Positions 6,852 to 16,453 of a stretch of DNA of 30,962 nucleotides are shown here, one piece after another. Source of the DNA: an uncultured Flavobacteriales bacterium. GTDB taxonomy: Bacteria > Bacteroidota > Bacteroidia > Flavobacteriales_D > Parvicellaceae. A model generated the notes under the pieces. That model made no database searches, was not told the DNA's origin, and saw nothing but the letters and a program-made list of their open reading frames with translations. Made by a program: the position numbers and the translations under genes. How positions within the stretch are numbered: position 1 is the stretch's first letter; each line of letters opens with the position of its first letter. The stretch is from positions 1 to 30,962 of the forward strand of contig CAZJVX010000004.1 in NCBI GenBank assembly GCA_964549345.1. The letters run 5' to 3'.

Positions 6852-9209
6852 ATGTATGTAGTTAAGAGAGACGGCAGAAGAGAATCTGTCAAATTTGATA
6901 AGATAACTGCCAGAATTAAAAAACTATGTTATGGCTTAAATCCGCTTGTAACACCAGAAAAAGTAGCGATGAAGGTTATTGAGGGATTATACGATGGTGT
7001 CACAACTAGTGAGTTAGATAACTTAGCTGCCGAAGTGGCAGCAACCAATACCATTACTCACCCTGATTATGCTTTACTAGCCTCAAGAATTGCAGTATCA
7101 AATCTACATAAAAACACAAAAAAATCATTTTCTGATACAGTTAAAGATCTGTATGAATATTCTGACCCTAAAACAAATGAAAAGGCTTCCTTAATTTCCG
7201 ATGAAGTTTATAGTTTAATCATGAAAAATTCGGAATTATTGGATTCAACTATAATTTATGATCGTGATTTCAGATATGACTTCTTTGGATTTAAGACGTT
7301 AGAAAGATCCTACTTATTGAAGTTAAATGGCCAAGTTGTTGAAAGGCCTCAGCAAATGCTGATGAGAGTAGCAATGGGTATCCATAAGGATGATATAGAT
7401 TCTGCTATAGAAACCTATAATTATATGAGCGAAGGTTGGTTTACACATGCAACACCAACATTATTTAATTCAGGTACCCCAAAACCCCAAATGTCATCTT
7501 GTTTTCTATTAACTACTAAAGAAGATAGCATTTCTGGAATTTACGATACGCTAAAACAGTGTGCACAAATTTCCCAATCTGCTGGCGGTATAGGTCTTTC
7601 AATACATGATATCAGAGCCACCGGTTCCTACATAAAAGGTACCAATGGAACATCTAATGGTATCGTACCCATGTTAAGAGTCTTTAATGATACTGCCCGA
7701 TATGTTGATCAGGGAGGAGGTAGAAGAAAAGGTTCTTTTGCCATATATATTGAACCGTGGCATGCTGATATTTTTGACTTCTTAGACCTTAAAAAGAACC
7801 ATGGTAAGGAAGAACAACGTGCAAGAGATCTTTTCTACTCCCTTTGGATTCCTGATCTATTTATGAAAAGAGTGGAAGAGAACGGAGACTGGACATTGAT
7901 GTGCCCTAACGAATGCCCGGGGTTATCTGATACATATGGGAAGAAATTTGAAAGATTATACAAGAAGTATGAATCAGAAGGTAGAGGAAGAAAGACCATA
8001 AAGGCGCAAGAGCTTTGGTTTAAAATTTTAGAAAGCCAGATTGAGACTGGCACACCATATATGTTATATAAAGACGCGGCTAACGAAAAGTCAAATCAAA
8101 AGAACTTGGGAACCATAAAGTCCTCAAATTTATGTACAGAAATAATTGAATATACAGCACCAGACGAAGTCGCAGTTTGTAATCTAGCTTCCATAGCATT
8201 ACCCAAATTTGTTGTTGATGGGAAGTTTGATCATGAAAAGTTATTCAATGTAACTTACAGGGTAACTAAAAATTTAGACAGGGTAATTGATGCCAATTAT
8301 TACCCAGTTCCAGAGGCTAGAAACTCAAATATGAGACATAGGCCAATTGGTATAGGAGTGCAAGGACTAGCTGATGCGTTCATTTTAATGCGACAACCAT
8401 TCGATTCACCTGAAGCAAAACAATTAAACAAAGAAATTTTTGAAACTATTTATTATGCTGCTGTTACTGCTTCAAAAGATATAGCTATCCAAAATGGTCC
8501 TTATGAAACTTGGAAAGGGTCCCCCATTTCAAAAGGTGTATTTCAGTTTGATATGTGGAAAGTAAAGCCGACAGACCGTTGGGAATGGGATTTACTGAGA
8601 GAAGAAGTGAAAAAGCATGGAGTAAGAAATTCCTTATTACTTGCACCAATGCCAACAGCCTCTACCGCACAAATTTTAGGTAATAATGAATGTTTTGAAC
8701 CTTACACCTCTAATATTTACACCAGAAGAGTTTTATCAGGCGAGTTCATTATTGTAAATAAGCACTTGTTAAGAGACTTAGTGAAGTTGGGTATTTGGAA
8801 CGACAGGCTTAAAAATAAATTAATGGCATCAAATGGTTCTATACAAAATATTGATGAAATCCCCGAAAACATCAAGGTATTATATAAAACTGCGTGGGAG
8901 ATTTCTCAGAAAGAAATATTAGACATGGCTGCTGATAGGGGCGCGTACATTGATCAATCCCAATCACTCAATATTTTTATGGAGAATGCTAACTTTGCAA
9001 AACTAACTTCCATGCATTTTTATGGATGGAAAGCCGGCTTGAAAACGGGGATGTATTACCTCAGAACAAAATCTGCCACTGATGCTATTAAGTTCACATT
9101 AGATAAAGAGGCGATGTCAGAGCCTGTCGCTAAAACAGAGGAGGAGAGAATGGCAGATATCGATTGTTCTTTGGATGATCCAGATAATTGTGTTTCTTGC
9201 GGCTCATAA
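6852..9209 (+). CDS. nrdA: Ribonucleotide reductase alpha subunit, class Ia, eukaryote-like (NrdAe), with N-terminal ATP cone
   Basis: [22 protein letters not shown] cone, [37 protein letters not shown] and C-terminal CVSC. At 785 aa there is no room for an intein. Confidence 0.97.
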   Translation: MYVVKRDGRRESVKFDKITARIKKLCYGLNPLVTPEKVAMKVIEGLYDGVTTSELDNLAAEVAATNTITHPDYALLASRIAVSNLHKNTKKSFSDTVKDLYEYSDPKTNEKASLISDEVYSLIMKNSELLDSTIIYDRDFRYDFFGFKTLERSYLLKLNGQVVERPQQMLMRVAMGIHKDDIDSAIETYNYMSEGWFTHATPTLFNSGTPKPQMSSCFLLTTKEDSISGIYDTLKQCAQISQSAGGIGLSIHDIRATGSYIKGTNGTSNGIVPMLRVFNDTARYVDQGGGRRKGSFAIYIEPWHADIFDFLDLKKNHGKEEQRARDLFYSLWIPDLFMKRVEENGDWTLMCPNECPGLSDTYGKKFERLYKKYESEGRGRKTIKAQELWFKILESQIETGTPYMLYKDAANEKSNQKNLGTIKSSNLCTEIIEYTAPDEVAVCNLASIALPKFVVDGKFDHEKLFNVTYRVTKNLDRVIDANYYPVPEARNSNMRHRPIGIGVQGLADAFILMRQPFDSPEAKQLNKEIFETIYYAAVTASKDIAIQNGPYETWKGSPISKGVFQFDMWKVKPTDRWEWDLLREEVKKHGVRNSLLLAPMPTASTAQILGNNECFEPYTSNIYTRRVLSGEFIIVNKHLLRDLVKLGIWNDRLKNKLMASNGSIQNIDEIPENIKVLYKTAWEISQKEILDMAADRGAYIDQSQSLNIFMENANFAKLTSMHFYGWKAGLKTGMYYLRTKSATDAIKFTLDKEAMSEPVAKTEEERMADIDCSLDDPDNCVSCGS

Positions 9210-9240
9210 TATTCCAAATTTGATTTTTATTTAGCTCAAA

Positions 9241-9265
9241 AAAAAGCCCACATTGTGGGCTTTTT
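9241..9265. terminator. Bidirectional intrinsic terminator between nrdA (+) and the SPFH gene (-)
   Basis: AAAAAGCCCAC-ATT-GTGGGCTTTTT perfect inverted repeat with A and T tracts on either side, between convergent genes. Confidence 0.9.
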
Positions 9266-9284
9266 GTTCATCATAGTCAGATTA

Positions 9285-10145
9285 TCATTTAATACCTTTA
9301 AAAACAGAGGTTCCAGCACCAAATACATTATTCTCTCCATAGGGAGACCCTTTTCCATCAGCGTATCCTTTCCATTTTACAAGTTCAATATAATTAGGAG
9401 ATCTTGTAAGCTGTTGTTGAACTAACCTAATTTCTTCAGCTCTACCTTCCGCTCTAAGAATAGCAGCATTTTTTTCACCTTCTGCTTTTTTGATCTCAGC
9501 ATTTGCTAGGTATTGTTGCTCCTCCTCTAATTCTTTAGCTTTTTGATTTCGCTGTTTTTGTGTTTCTTTTTCAGTAATGGCTATTTTTACATTTTCTGGC
9601 AGATTAACATCTGCAATTTCACAAAAGTTATAGGTAATAAAATTTTCGGGAAATTCTGCTTGAAACATATTGTCCATTTCCGTTTCTAACGCCTCTCTTT
9701 TTGTGGAGTAGATTTCTTCATAAGTGTATCTGCCTATTACATCCTTTATAACACCTCTAACTTTTGCATCAACGAATGAGTTTTCATATGCTTTTCCGTG
9801 TTTTAAATGTAAATTTGGTGTTTTACCCTGCATAGGATTGTAATTAATTGTCACATCTATTCCTATTTCCATTCCGTTTTTTTCCATCACTTTTGACTCG
9901 TAATTTCTACTTTGTTGTAATACATTGTACGTAATCATTTCGTTCCACGGCATAATAAAATAGGTTCCCTCAGAATAATTTTCACTTGTATCAATTCCAC
10001 CGGTGTAAGGTCTATAGACAAATCCCTCTTCTCCAGGGTCAATATCTGTCCATGACATGAAAAATATAATAATAAATATGGCTCCTATTCCACCAAATAA
10101 GGCAGTTTTTAAGATGTTTTTTGGTTCTATTTCGATTTCGCTCAT
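9285..10145 (-). CDS. SPFH / band 7 / prohibitin family membrane protein
   Basis: N-terminal TM helix, IDPGEEGFVY, YFIMPWNEMITY, coiled-coil AITEKETQKQRNQKAKE...AEIKKAEGEKNAAILRAEGRAE. Confidence 0.88.
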   Translation of the reverse strand: MSEIEIEPKNILKTALFGGIGAIFIIIFFMSWTDIDPGEEGFVYRPYTGGIDTSENYSEGTYFIMPWNEMITYNVLQQSRNYESKVMEKNGMEIGIDVTINYNPMQGKTPNLHLKHGKAYENSFVDAKVRGVIKDVIGRYTYEEIYSTKREALETEMDNMFQAEFPENFITYNFCEIADVNLPENVKIAITEKETQKQRNQKAKELEEEQQYLANAEIKKAEGEKNAAILRAEGRAEEIRLVQQQLTRSPNYIELVKWKGYADGKGSPYGENNVFGAGTSVFKGIK

Positions 10146-10160
10146 AATGGTATGTTATTT

Positions 10161-10346
10161 TTAATTGTTTTTAGGTTTAGATTTTATCGTTTTATATGCA
10201 TAGTATATGCTTAATACGTCTATCAGTAACGCAAGTAATTTTATAATTGGACCTGTTTTAATGATATACTTGAATGTCAAAATAAGCAGCAAAGCTACTA
10301 AAGCAATGCTCAAAATTACATTTAGGATATATTTATTGTTGTTCAT
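10161..10346 (-). CDS. Small hypothetical membrane protein, 61 aa, two predicted TM helices
   Basis: Co-oriented and tightly packed: 1 nt after the fumC stop and 15 nt before the SPFH start. Two hydrophobic stretches and a basic tail. Confidence 0.65.
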   Translation of the reverse strand: MNNNKYILNVILSIALVALLLILTFKYIIKTGPIIKLLALLIDVLSIYYAYKTIKSKPKNN

Positions 10347-10347
10347 G

Positions 10348-11733
10348 TTAAATCATTTTTTTTGGGTCGACCCAACTATCATAGTCCTCAGCTGTAACAT
10401 AACCCAAATTTATAGCTTCTTCTTTTAGTGTTGTTCCATTTTTATGAGCTGTATTTGCTATTTCTGCTGCCTTGTAATAACCAATTTTTGTATTTAGTGC
10501 TGTGACTAGCATCAAAGAGTTATTTAATAATCTATTTATATTTTTAAAGTTAGGTTCTATTCCGGTTGCACAATGATTATTGAAGGAAACACATGCATCA
10601 CCGATAAGCTGGGCACTTTCAATCAAGTTTCTAGCAATCATGGGTTTAAATACATTCAATTCATAATGACCTTGCGTTCCTCCGACTGAGAGTGCAACAT
10701 CATTTCCCATTACTTGCGCACATACCATAGTCAGCGCTTCACATTGAGTTGGATTCACTTTTCCAGGCATGATAGAAGATCCAGGTTCATTTGCAGGAAT
10801 GATTATTTCTCCGATTCCTGATCTAGGACCAGATGCTAATAATCGTATATCATTTGCAATTTTATTTAATGATACTGCAATTTGTTTGAGTGCCCCATGT
10901 GTTTCAACCATGGCATCATGGGCAGCTAATGCCTCAAATTTATTTTCTGCACTTATAAAAGGTAATCCACTTATTGACGCAATTTGAGATGCTACTTCAT
11001 TACTGTAACCTTTTGGTGTATTTAGTCCTGTTCCTACAGCTGTTCCACCTAATGCCAATTCGCTTAAATGATGTAGTGTGTTTTTAAGCGCTTTAAGTCC
11101 ATGGTTTAATTGTGAGACATAGCCAGAAAATTCCTGACCAATTGTTAAAGGAGTAGCGTCCATAAGGTGGGTTCGACCAATCTTTACCACATCCATAAAT
11201 TTCTTCGATTTTTCAGAAAGTGTATCTCTTAATACCTCAATTCCAGGAATCGTATTCTCTATGATAATTTTGTAACTCGCAATATGCATGGCTGTAGGAA
11301 AAGTATCATTTGAGGATTGAGACTTATTTACATCGTCATTGGCCTGTAGTGCTTTTGGTCCTGAATCTAAATTTCCACCACTTAAAACGTGTGCTCTATT
11401 TGCAATTACCTCATTTACATTCATATTACTTTGAGTTCCAGAACCAGTTTGCCAAACTACTAACGGGAATTGATCGTCTAATTTCCCCTTGAGGATTTCA
11501 TCACATACTTGAGAAATGAGTTTCATCTTTTTTTCTTCCAATACACCAAGCTTTGAATTGGTGATAGCTGCTGCTTTTTTTAATACTGCAAAGGCATGTA
11601 TAATTTCAATAGGCATTGATCCTGAAGGTCCGATTTTGAAATTATTTCTAGAACGTTCCGTTTGAGCTCCCCAATATTTATCTGAAGGCACCTTAATATT
11701 ACCAATGGTATCTTTTTCAATTCTGTAACTCAT
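10348..11733 (-). CDS. fumC: Class II fumarate hydratase
   Basis: [28 protein letters not shown] and signature [16 protein letters not shown]; 461 aa. Confidence 0.98.
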   Translation of the reverse strand: MSYRIEKDTIGNIKVPSDKYWGAQTERSRNNFKIGPSGSMPIEIIHAFAVLKKAAAITNSKLGVLEEKKMKLISQVCDEILKGKLDDQFPLVVWQTGSGTQSNMNVNEVIANRAHVLSGGNLDSGPKALQANDDVNKSQSSNDTFPTAMHIASYKIIIENTIPGIEVLRDTLSEKSKKFMDVVKIGRTHLMDATPLTIGQEFSGYVSQLNHGLKALKNTLHHLSELALGGTAVGTGLNTPKGYSNEVASQIASISGLPFISAENKFEALAAHDAMVETHGALKQIAVSLNKIANDIRLLASGPRSGIGEIIIPANEPGSSIMPGKVNPTQCEALTMVCAQVMGNDVALSVGGTQGHYELNVFKPMIARNLIESAQLIGDACVSFNNHCATGIEPNFKNINRLLNNSLMLVTALNTKIGYYKAAEIANTAHKNGTTLKEEAINLGYVTAEDYDSWVDPKKMI

Positions 11734-11766
11734 TTCTAAATTTTATTACTAATTTCGTTTAAAATT

Positions 11767-11774
11767 CAAATTTA
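11767..11774 (-). promoter_or_regulatory. Candidate -7 element for the fumC operon (TAAATTTG on minus strand)
   Basis: Exact TAnnTTTG match 33 nt upstream of the fumC ATG; -33 element not evident. Confidence 0.5.
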
Positions 11775-11780
11775 GTATAT

Positions 11781-11936
11781 ATGTCTTTAGGGGTAGCTAT
11801 TTTCTTAATTTTCTTTGGTATGGCTTTTTGGGTACTTTTATTCCTGTTTAGCTTTATTGGAGCTTGGGTGAATTGGGGTTTAATCGATATTACTAAGGCT
11901 CAATTAGCTAAAAGAGGTCTAATAAAAGACGTCTAG
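11781..11936 (+). CDS. Small hypothetical membrane protein, 51 aa (below ORF-track cutoff)
   Basis: Manual translation: MSLGVAIFLIFFGMAFWVLLFLFSFIGAWVNWGLIDITKAQLAKRGLIKDV*. It fills the fumC-arsC gap, and its TAG overlaps the arsC TAG in a shared CTAG (11933-11936). Confidence 0.65.
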   Translation: MSLGVAIFLIFFGMAFWVLLFLFSFIGAWVNWGLIDITKAQLAKRGLIKDV

Positions 11937-12274
11937 CCCATAATAGACATAAAATTTTCAGCTGGTCTTCCAATAGTGGCTTTATTACCGAGCACAAGTA
12001 TTGGCCTCTCTATCAGTTTTGGATGTTCTATCATTTTTATAATTAGCTGATCATCGGTTAGCTTTTTTCCCTTAATTTCAGTCTTGTAAATCGTCTCGCT
12101 TTTTCTCATTAGTTCATCAGGTCTCATATCAAGCTTTTCAAGAATGGATCTGAGTTCTTGTTGAGTTAGTCCTTCTTTAAGGTAATCTATTATTTCGGGT
12201 TGAATATTTTTTTCGTTTAAAAAGGTTAATCCTTCTCTTGATTTTCTGCATCTTGGGTTGTGATAATATATCAT
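11933..12274 (-). CDS. arsC: ArsC/Spx/MgsR family protein (glutaredoxin-type arsenate reductase-like)
   Basis: YYHNPRCRKSREGL, IIDYLK, HPKLIERPI, IGRP motifs; 113 aa. No other ars genes nearby, so arsenate activity is unproven. Confidence 0.82.
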   Translation of the reverse strand: MIYYHNPRCRKSREGLTFLNEKNIQPEIIDYLKEGLTQQELRSILEKLDMRPDELMRKSETIYKTEIKGKKLTDDQLIIKMIEHPKLIERPILVLGNKATIGRPAENFMSIMG

Positions 12275-12276
12275 TA

Positions 12277-13366
12277 TTAAACTGATTTTCCGTATGTCAT
12301 TAGAAATGAATTTAAAAAAGGTTGTAGATCTCCATCAAGTACCTTAAATGGATCATTACTTTGAAAATTAGTTCTGTGATCCTTTACTCTTCTATCGTCT
12401 AGCACATAGCTTCTTATTTGTGACCCCCACTCAATTTTCATTTTTCCTGCTTCAATTTCATCTTGTTTTTCTCTTCTCTTTCTCAATTCAACTTCATAAA
12501 GTTGTGATTTCAAGAGTTGCATGGCTTTTTCTCGGTTACCTAACTGAGACCTCGACTCTGTATTTTCTATAACAATTCCGCTAGGAGCATGCTTTAGACG
12601 AACACCGGTTTCTACTTTATTGACATTTTGCCCACCGGCACCACCGCTTCTGAATGTATCCCAACTGATATCGGCAGGATTGATTTCTATTTCAATAGTA
12701 TCATCAACACTTGGATACACATAAACAGATGAGAATGAAGTCATTCTTTTGCCCTGAGCGTTAAAAGGGCTAACCCTAACTAATCTGTGCACACCATTTT
12801 CACCTTTTAAATATCCGAATGCAAAATCTCCAGAAATTTCTAATGTGACCGTTTTGATACCTGCAACATCTCCGTCTTGACATTGAAGCTCTTTAATTTT
12901 AAATCCATTTTTCTCTCCCCACATTAAATACATCCTCAGTAGCATAGAACTCCAATCACAGCTCTCAGTACCACCAGCACCTGCGGTTATTTGAAGTACA
13001 GCATCGAGGTGATCTTCTTCAGAAGATAGCATGTTTTTAAGCTCAAGCTCTTCTAATTTTTCCATCATGGATTCAAATTGCTCATTAACTTCTTCTTCAG
13101 ATACTTCACCTTCTTTGAAAAAATCAAATAGAACTTCTGTATCTTCCAGAGACATTTTTAAATCATCATAGGTATTAACCCAAAATTTCTTTTGTTTAAT
13201 TCCTTTTAGTACTAATTCTGCTTTCTTTGGATCGTTCCAAAATTCTGGATCTTGAGTGATTAATTCTTCCTCTTTAATGGATTCTCTTTTTTCATCAACG
13301 TCAAAGATACCCCCTTAACGCTTCCAGGCGATCATGTGTATTTTTAATTTGCTCTTGAGAAATCAT
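12277..13366 (-). CDS. prfB: Peptide chain release factor 2, translated via programmed +1 frameshift (about 362 aa)
   Basis: ATG 13366 gives MISQEQIKNTHDRLEALRGYL then TGA. The +1 frame from 13302 reads DVDEKRESIKEEELITQDPEFWNDPKKAE and joins the tracked ORF, which has GGTES, SPF (RF2 specificity) and GGQ motifs. Confidence 0.96.
13300..13315 (-). promoter_or_regulatory. prfB +1 frameshift cassette (internal SD AGGGGG, then CTT TGA C)
   Basis: Minus strand reads AGG GGG TAT CTT TGA C, the canonical RF2 autoregulatory site. Confidence 0.95.
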
Positions 13367-13399
13367 AGATAAAAATTAAGTACAATTTTACTAATTATT

Positions 13400-14275
13400 T
13401 TAACGAAGTTTAATTTCGAAACCAGATTTAATTTCATAGCCTGAAATGTGTTTATTTCTCTTTTTAAGTTTTTTCAATTTTACACCATAAAGTTGTGAAA
13501 TTGATCTCATACTTTCACCATCTTTTGTTATATGAACCACTACCTTTCCTTTGTTTTTTTTAGGTTGAATAAATATTTTCTCTCCCTTTGTAAGATCATA
13601 CTCATTTTCAATATCATTGTATTTATATAGTTGCCATAACCTCATGTCAAATTCTTTTGCAATTTCCAACAGTGTTTCTCCTTCCTTACTAATTACATAT
13701 TTAATCCGGTTAGGATGTAGATATACATTTCTTGAGGATTCAGCAAGAATACTTTGAGTCTCTTTCACCTTATCCAGTTCGTATAGTTGGTTTTCCTCAA
13801 TTAATTTTATGAGCAAATCAGCATATTTTTTATTAGTTGCATAACCAGCTGTTTTTAGTCCTTTTGCCCATGCTTTATAGTCTGTAATTTTAAAGTCAAA
13901 TAAAAAAGCATATCGATTGTATTTTTTTAGAAATAAAGAATGGTCTTCAAATGAAGCTATAGCATTTTCATATTTTCTAAAACATTCATTTTTTTTATCA
14001 TCGTCCTCATATATTTTTTTGCCATCCCAGTTGTGACATTTTATACCAAAATGATTATTGCCCTTAACGGCTAATCTAGAATTCCCATTATTGCTTTCTA
14101 AAATGCCCTGAGCCATGGTAATACTAGCAGGAATCTTATGCTTGTGCATCTGTATAATAGCATCTTTACGGTATTGCTCAATATACTGCTCTCTTGTCAT
14201 GTTTTGACCAGTAATAGAAAACAAAATGAGAAGATATAAAATTGTGGTTTGATATTTTTGAACCTTTAGATTCAT
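13400..14275 (-). CDS. GH73 glucosaminidase-domain peptidoglycan hydrolase with two C-terminal LysM-like repeats
   Basis: IPASITMAQGILES, NNHFGIKCH, GYATN; repeats GETLLEIAKEF...LYKYND and GESMRSISQLYGV. ATG 14275 is preferred to the TTG at 14314. Confidence 0.9.
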   Translation of the reverse strand: MNLKVQKYQTTILYLLILFSITGQNMTREQYIEQYRKDAIIQMHKHKIPASITMAQGILESNNGNSRLAVKGNNHFGIKCHNWDGKKIYEDDDKKNECFRKYENAIASFEDHSLFLKKYNRYAFLFDFKITDYKAWAKGLKTAGYATNKKYADLLIKLIEENQLYELDKVKETQSILAESSRNVYLHPNRIKYVISKEGETLLEIAKEFDMRLWQLYKYNDIENEYDLTKGEKIFIQPKKNKGKVVVHITKDGESMRSISQLYGVKLKKLKKRNKHISGYEIKSGFEIKLR

Positions 14276-14342
14276 CAAATAGTTAGCGCTAAAATTCAGC
14301 TCAAATGACACCAAATTTCAAATACAAAAAGAAGTTTTATTA

Positions 14343-15077
14343 TTAATTTGCTAATGTAGTTTTGTTGAAATCGTACATTTTTTGAAAGTTGTTTTCGATG
14401 TAATTACCAATTACAACAATATCTGCCCCTGCTTTCCAACAATTGATCATTTGTTCTTGACTTTTTACACCACCACCTACAAACAAGGGAACTTTAGTTG
14501 TTTTTTTAACGGTACTTATCATTTTACTACTAATGGGATCTATAGAACCTGACCCAGTATCCATATAGATAAATTTAAGTCCAAGTTGAACACCGGCTAG
14601 TGCTGTAGCAGCGGCAATGTCATGTTTATTCTTAGGAATAGGTAAAGATTCGCTCATGTAAATAGCGGAAGTTATGGAATTGGATTCGATTAACATATAT
14701 CCACAGGGTAAAATCTCTAAATTGGATTTTTGAAGCTTAAAAGCTGTTTTCACATGTTGACCTATTAGTAGGTCTGGATTTCTGCCACTGATTAAACTTA
14801 GAAGTAAAATAGCATCTGCCTGAGAACTTATTTGCTGATTATTTCCTGGAAATAATATTACTTTTTTAGAAGAAAGTTCATGGATTATTTTTAAATAGGT
14901 TTGAAAAAAATTATGATTGATTAGACTGCCACCAACTAATATATAATCGCATGATGAACGATTAGCCATAATAACAAAATCCGAAAGTTGATTAATTGAT
15001 ATTTTATCTGGATCTATTAATATCCCCCATAATTTTTCTCCCTCTTGACTCCTTTTGTATATCTCAGACGATAACAT
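14343..15077 (-). CDS. Geranylgeranylglyceryl/heptaprenylglyceryl phosphate synthase (PcrB/GGGPS family, group II-like)
   Basis: ILIDPDK, ILVGGS, ILFPG, SLISGRNPDLLIGQH, YMDTGSG, VGGGVKS, VVIGN. Confidence 0.92.
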   Translation of the reverse strand: MLSSEIYKRSQEGEKLWGILIDPDKISINQLSDFVIMANRSSCDYILVGGSLINHNFFQTYLKIIHELSSKKVILFPGNNQQISSQADAILLLSLISGRNPDLLIGQHVKTAFKLQKSNLEILPCGYMLIESNSITSAIYMSESLPIPKNKHDIAAATALAGVQLGLKFIYMDTGSGSIDPISSKMISTVKKTTKVPLFVGGGVKSQEQMINCWKAGADIVVIGNYIENNFQKMYDFNKTTLAN

Positions 15078-15690
15078 TTACTTCTTCTCTATAATTTGTA
15101 TTAAATGCTAAACAGTAGCTTTCAAAGTTTAGAACTTTGATAGTAGAATTAAATTTTATTTCAGGATGTTCACAATAGCCAGAGTAAAATTCGCCATTTT
15201 TTTTGATAGTTAAGTGCTCTTTAAAGTGTATGTCTTTTCTCCCATTAATTTTAAACAGAACTTCTTTTGAACACCAATTTTGGATTAATTTTTTGTTTGA
15301 TTTTCCGGATGTAAAATCGTCATCATTAAGAAATTTATGTTTTATGTGTGTGGCATCTCTCTTAGTTGATTCAATGTCAATTCCACAAGGGTATTTGGCA
15401 ATAATCATGGCTATAAGGTTTTGAGTATGCGCTACGGAAACAAATTTTTCATTTCCTCTAATGAAGGGCTTGTCATCTTCAAGGTATAATTCATTCCCAG
15501 GTGCTAATTGTTCGAAAAGAAGTTTCGTAGCATGAATTTGAATTTTTCTAAAGTTATTCTTATAAGCATCAAGATCTGCATGATAACAGGGGTGTAACAC
15601 TCTACTAAATTCGGGATTATATTCATGATTAGCTATTTTCCAAATTCCAATATTAAATTTGGACTTGTCTATGAATTGAATTAAAGGCAA
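15064..15690 (-). CDS. 4'-phosphopantetheinyl transferase superfamily protein (Sfp-like)
   Basis: GIWKI, VSVAHT, CGIDIE, NWCSKEVLFK motifs; TTG start; overlaps the GGGPS start by 14 nt. Confidence 0.85.
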   Translation of the reverse strand: MPLIQFIDKSKFNIGIWKIANHEYNPEFSRVLHPCYHADLDAYKNNFRKIQIHATKLLFEQLAPGNELYLEDDKPFIRGNEKFVSVAHTQNLIAMIIAKYPCGIDIESTKRDATHIKHKFLNDDDFTSGKSNKKLIQNWCSKEVLFKINGRKDIHFKEHLTIKKNGEFYSGYCEHPEIKFNSTIKVLNFESYCLAFNTNYREEVNVIV

Positions 15691-15762
15691 GGTGTTTTTT
15701 TATGCTTATTTAAATGTATGTTTTTTATTTAACAATCTTAATTAGAAACAAAAAATATTTTT

Positions 15763-15796
15763 TTTGCTCACATATAAACCTTACTCTTTACATTTG
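15763..15796 (+). promoter_or_regulatory. Bacteroidota sigma-A promoter for the folE-cysS run
   Basis: TTTG at 15763-15766 and TACATTTG (TAnnTTTG) at 15789-15796, 22-nt spacer (slightly long). Supports ATG 15821 as the folE start. Confidence 0.55.
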
Positions 15797-15820
15797 TTAC
15801 AATCAATATCAATTTCATTG

Positions 15821-16453
15821 ATGGAAAGTAATTCTAATAATATAACCAATGTAAGCCAAGTTGAGGATATAAGACTTAGTCAGGAGGAAAAAATCAGGCT
15901 GATTGAAGGTCATTTTAGGTCTATAATGGAAATCCTTCAACTTGATATGGAAGATCAGAGTTTAAAAGACACCCCAAATCGAGTGGCTAAAATGTATGTG
16001 AATGAGTTGTTTGAGGGGTTAGATCCAAGTCAAGCACCATCCATTTCAAAATTTGAAAACTCATTTGATTACAGGGGATGTATTTTAGAAAAAAATATTC
16101 CTTTCTTTTCCCTTTGTGAACATCATTTCGTGCCTATTAAAGGAGTTGCTCATGTAGCATATTTTGCTAACGAAAAAATCATAGGATTATCTAAAATCAA
16201 TAGAATTGTAAACTACATTTCAAAAAAACCTCAAGTACAAGAAAAACTAACGGTTGAAATTGTAGATTACCTTAAAAATATTTTAGAAACTGAAGATGTA
16301 GCTTGTGTTGTTGAAGCAGAACACCTCTGTGTAAGTATGAGAGGAATTAAAGACGTTAAAAGCCTAACTACTACCGCAGAGTATAGTGGAAAATTTAATA
16401 TGGATGCTGTTAAGTTGGAATTATTAAGCATGATTAACAAAGGAGATGAATAA
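15821..16453 (+). CDS. folE: GTP cyclohydrolase I (type IA)
   Basis: DTPNRVAKMY, FFSLCEHHFVP, GLSKINRIV, PQVQEKLT, AEHLCVSMRG. The start is moved from the tracked TTG at 15764, which lies inside the promoter. Confidence 0.96.
   Translation: MESNSNNITNVSQVEDIRLSQEEKIRLIEGHFRSIMEILQLDMEDQSLKDTPNRVAKMYVNELFEGLDPSQAPSISKFENSFDYRGCILEKNIPFFSLCEHHFVPIKGVAHVAYFANEKIIGLSKINRIVNYISKKPQVQEKLTVEIVDYLKNILETEDVACVVEAEHLCVSMRGIKDVKSLTTTAEYSGKFNMDAVKLELLSMINKGDE

Noticed and set aside
3286-8053. Antisense ORFs inside the RNR genes (3286..3486, 4389..4592, 6238..6576, 7835..8053)
   Set aside because: Short shadow frames opposite strongly conserved genes.
2497-9209. Phage or mobile-element origin, or intein/intron, in the RNR genes
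   Set aside because: No integrase, transposase, att-like repeats or phage genes nearby; protein lengths are normal and no intein motifs were seen. Older horizontal transfer is not excluded.
10207-11492. Plus-strand ORFs 10207..10428, 10769..10987 and 11310..11492
   Set aside because: Antisense to fumC and the 61-aa gene; no independent support.
11933-12274. Arsenic resistance operon
   Set aside because: No arsR, arsB/acr3 or arsH nearby; it is a lone ArsC-family gene behind prfB.
12277-13366. prfB as a pseudogene
   Set aside because: The in-frame TGA is in the canonical CTT TGA C context with the internal SD, i.e. programmed recoding.
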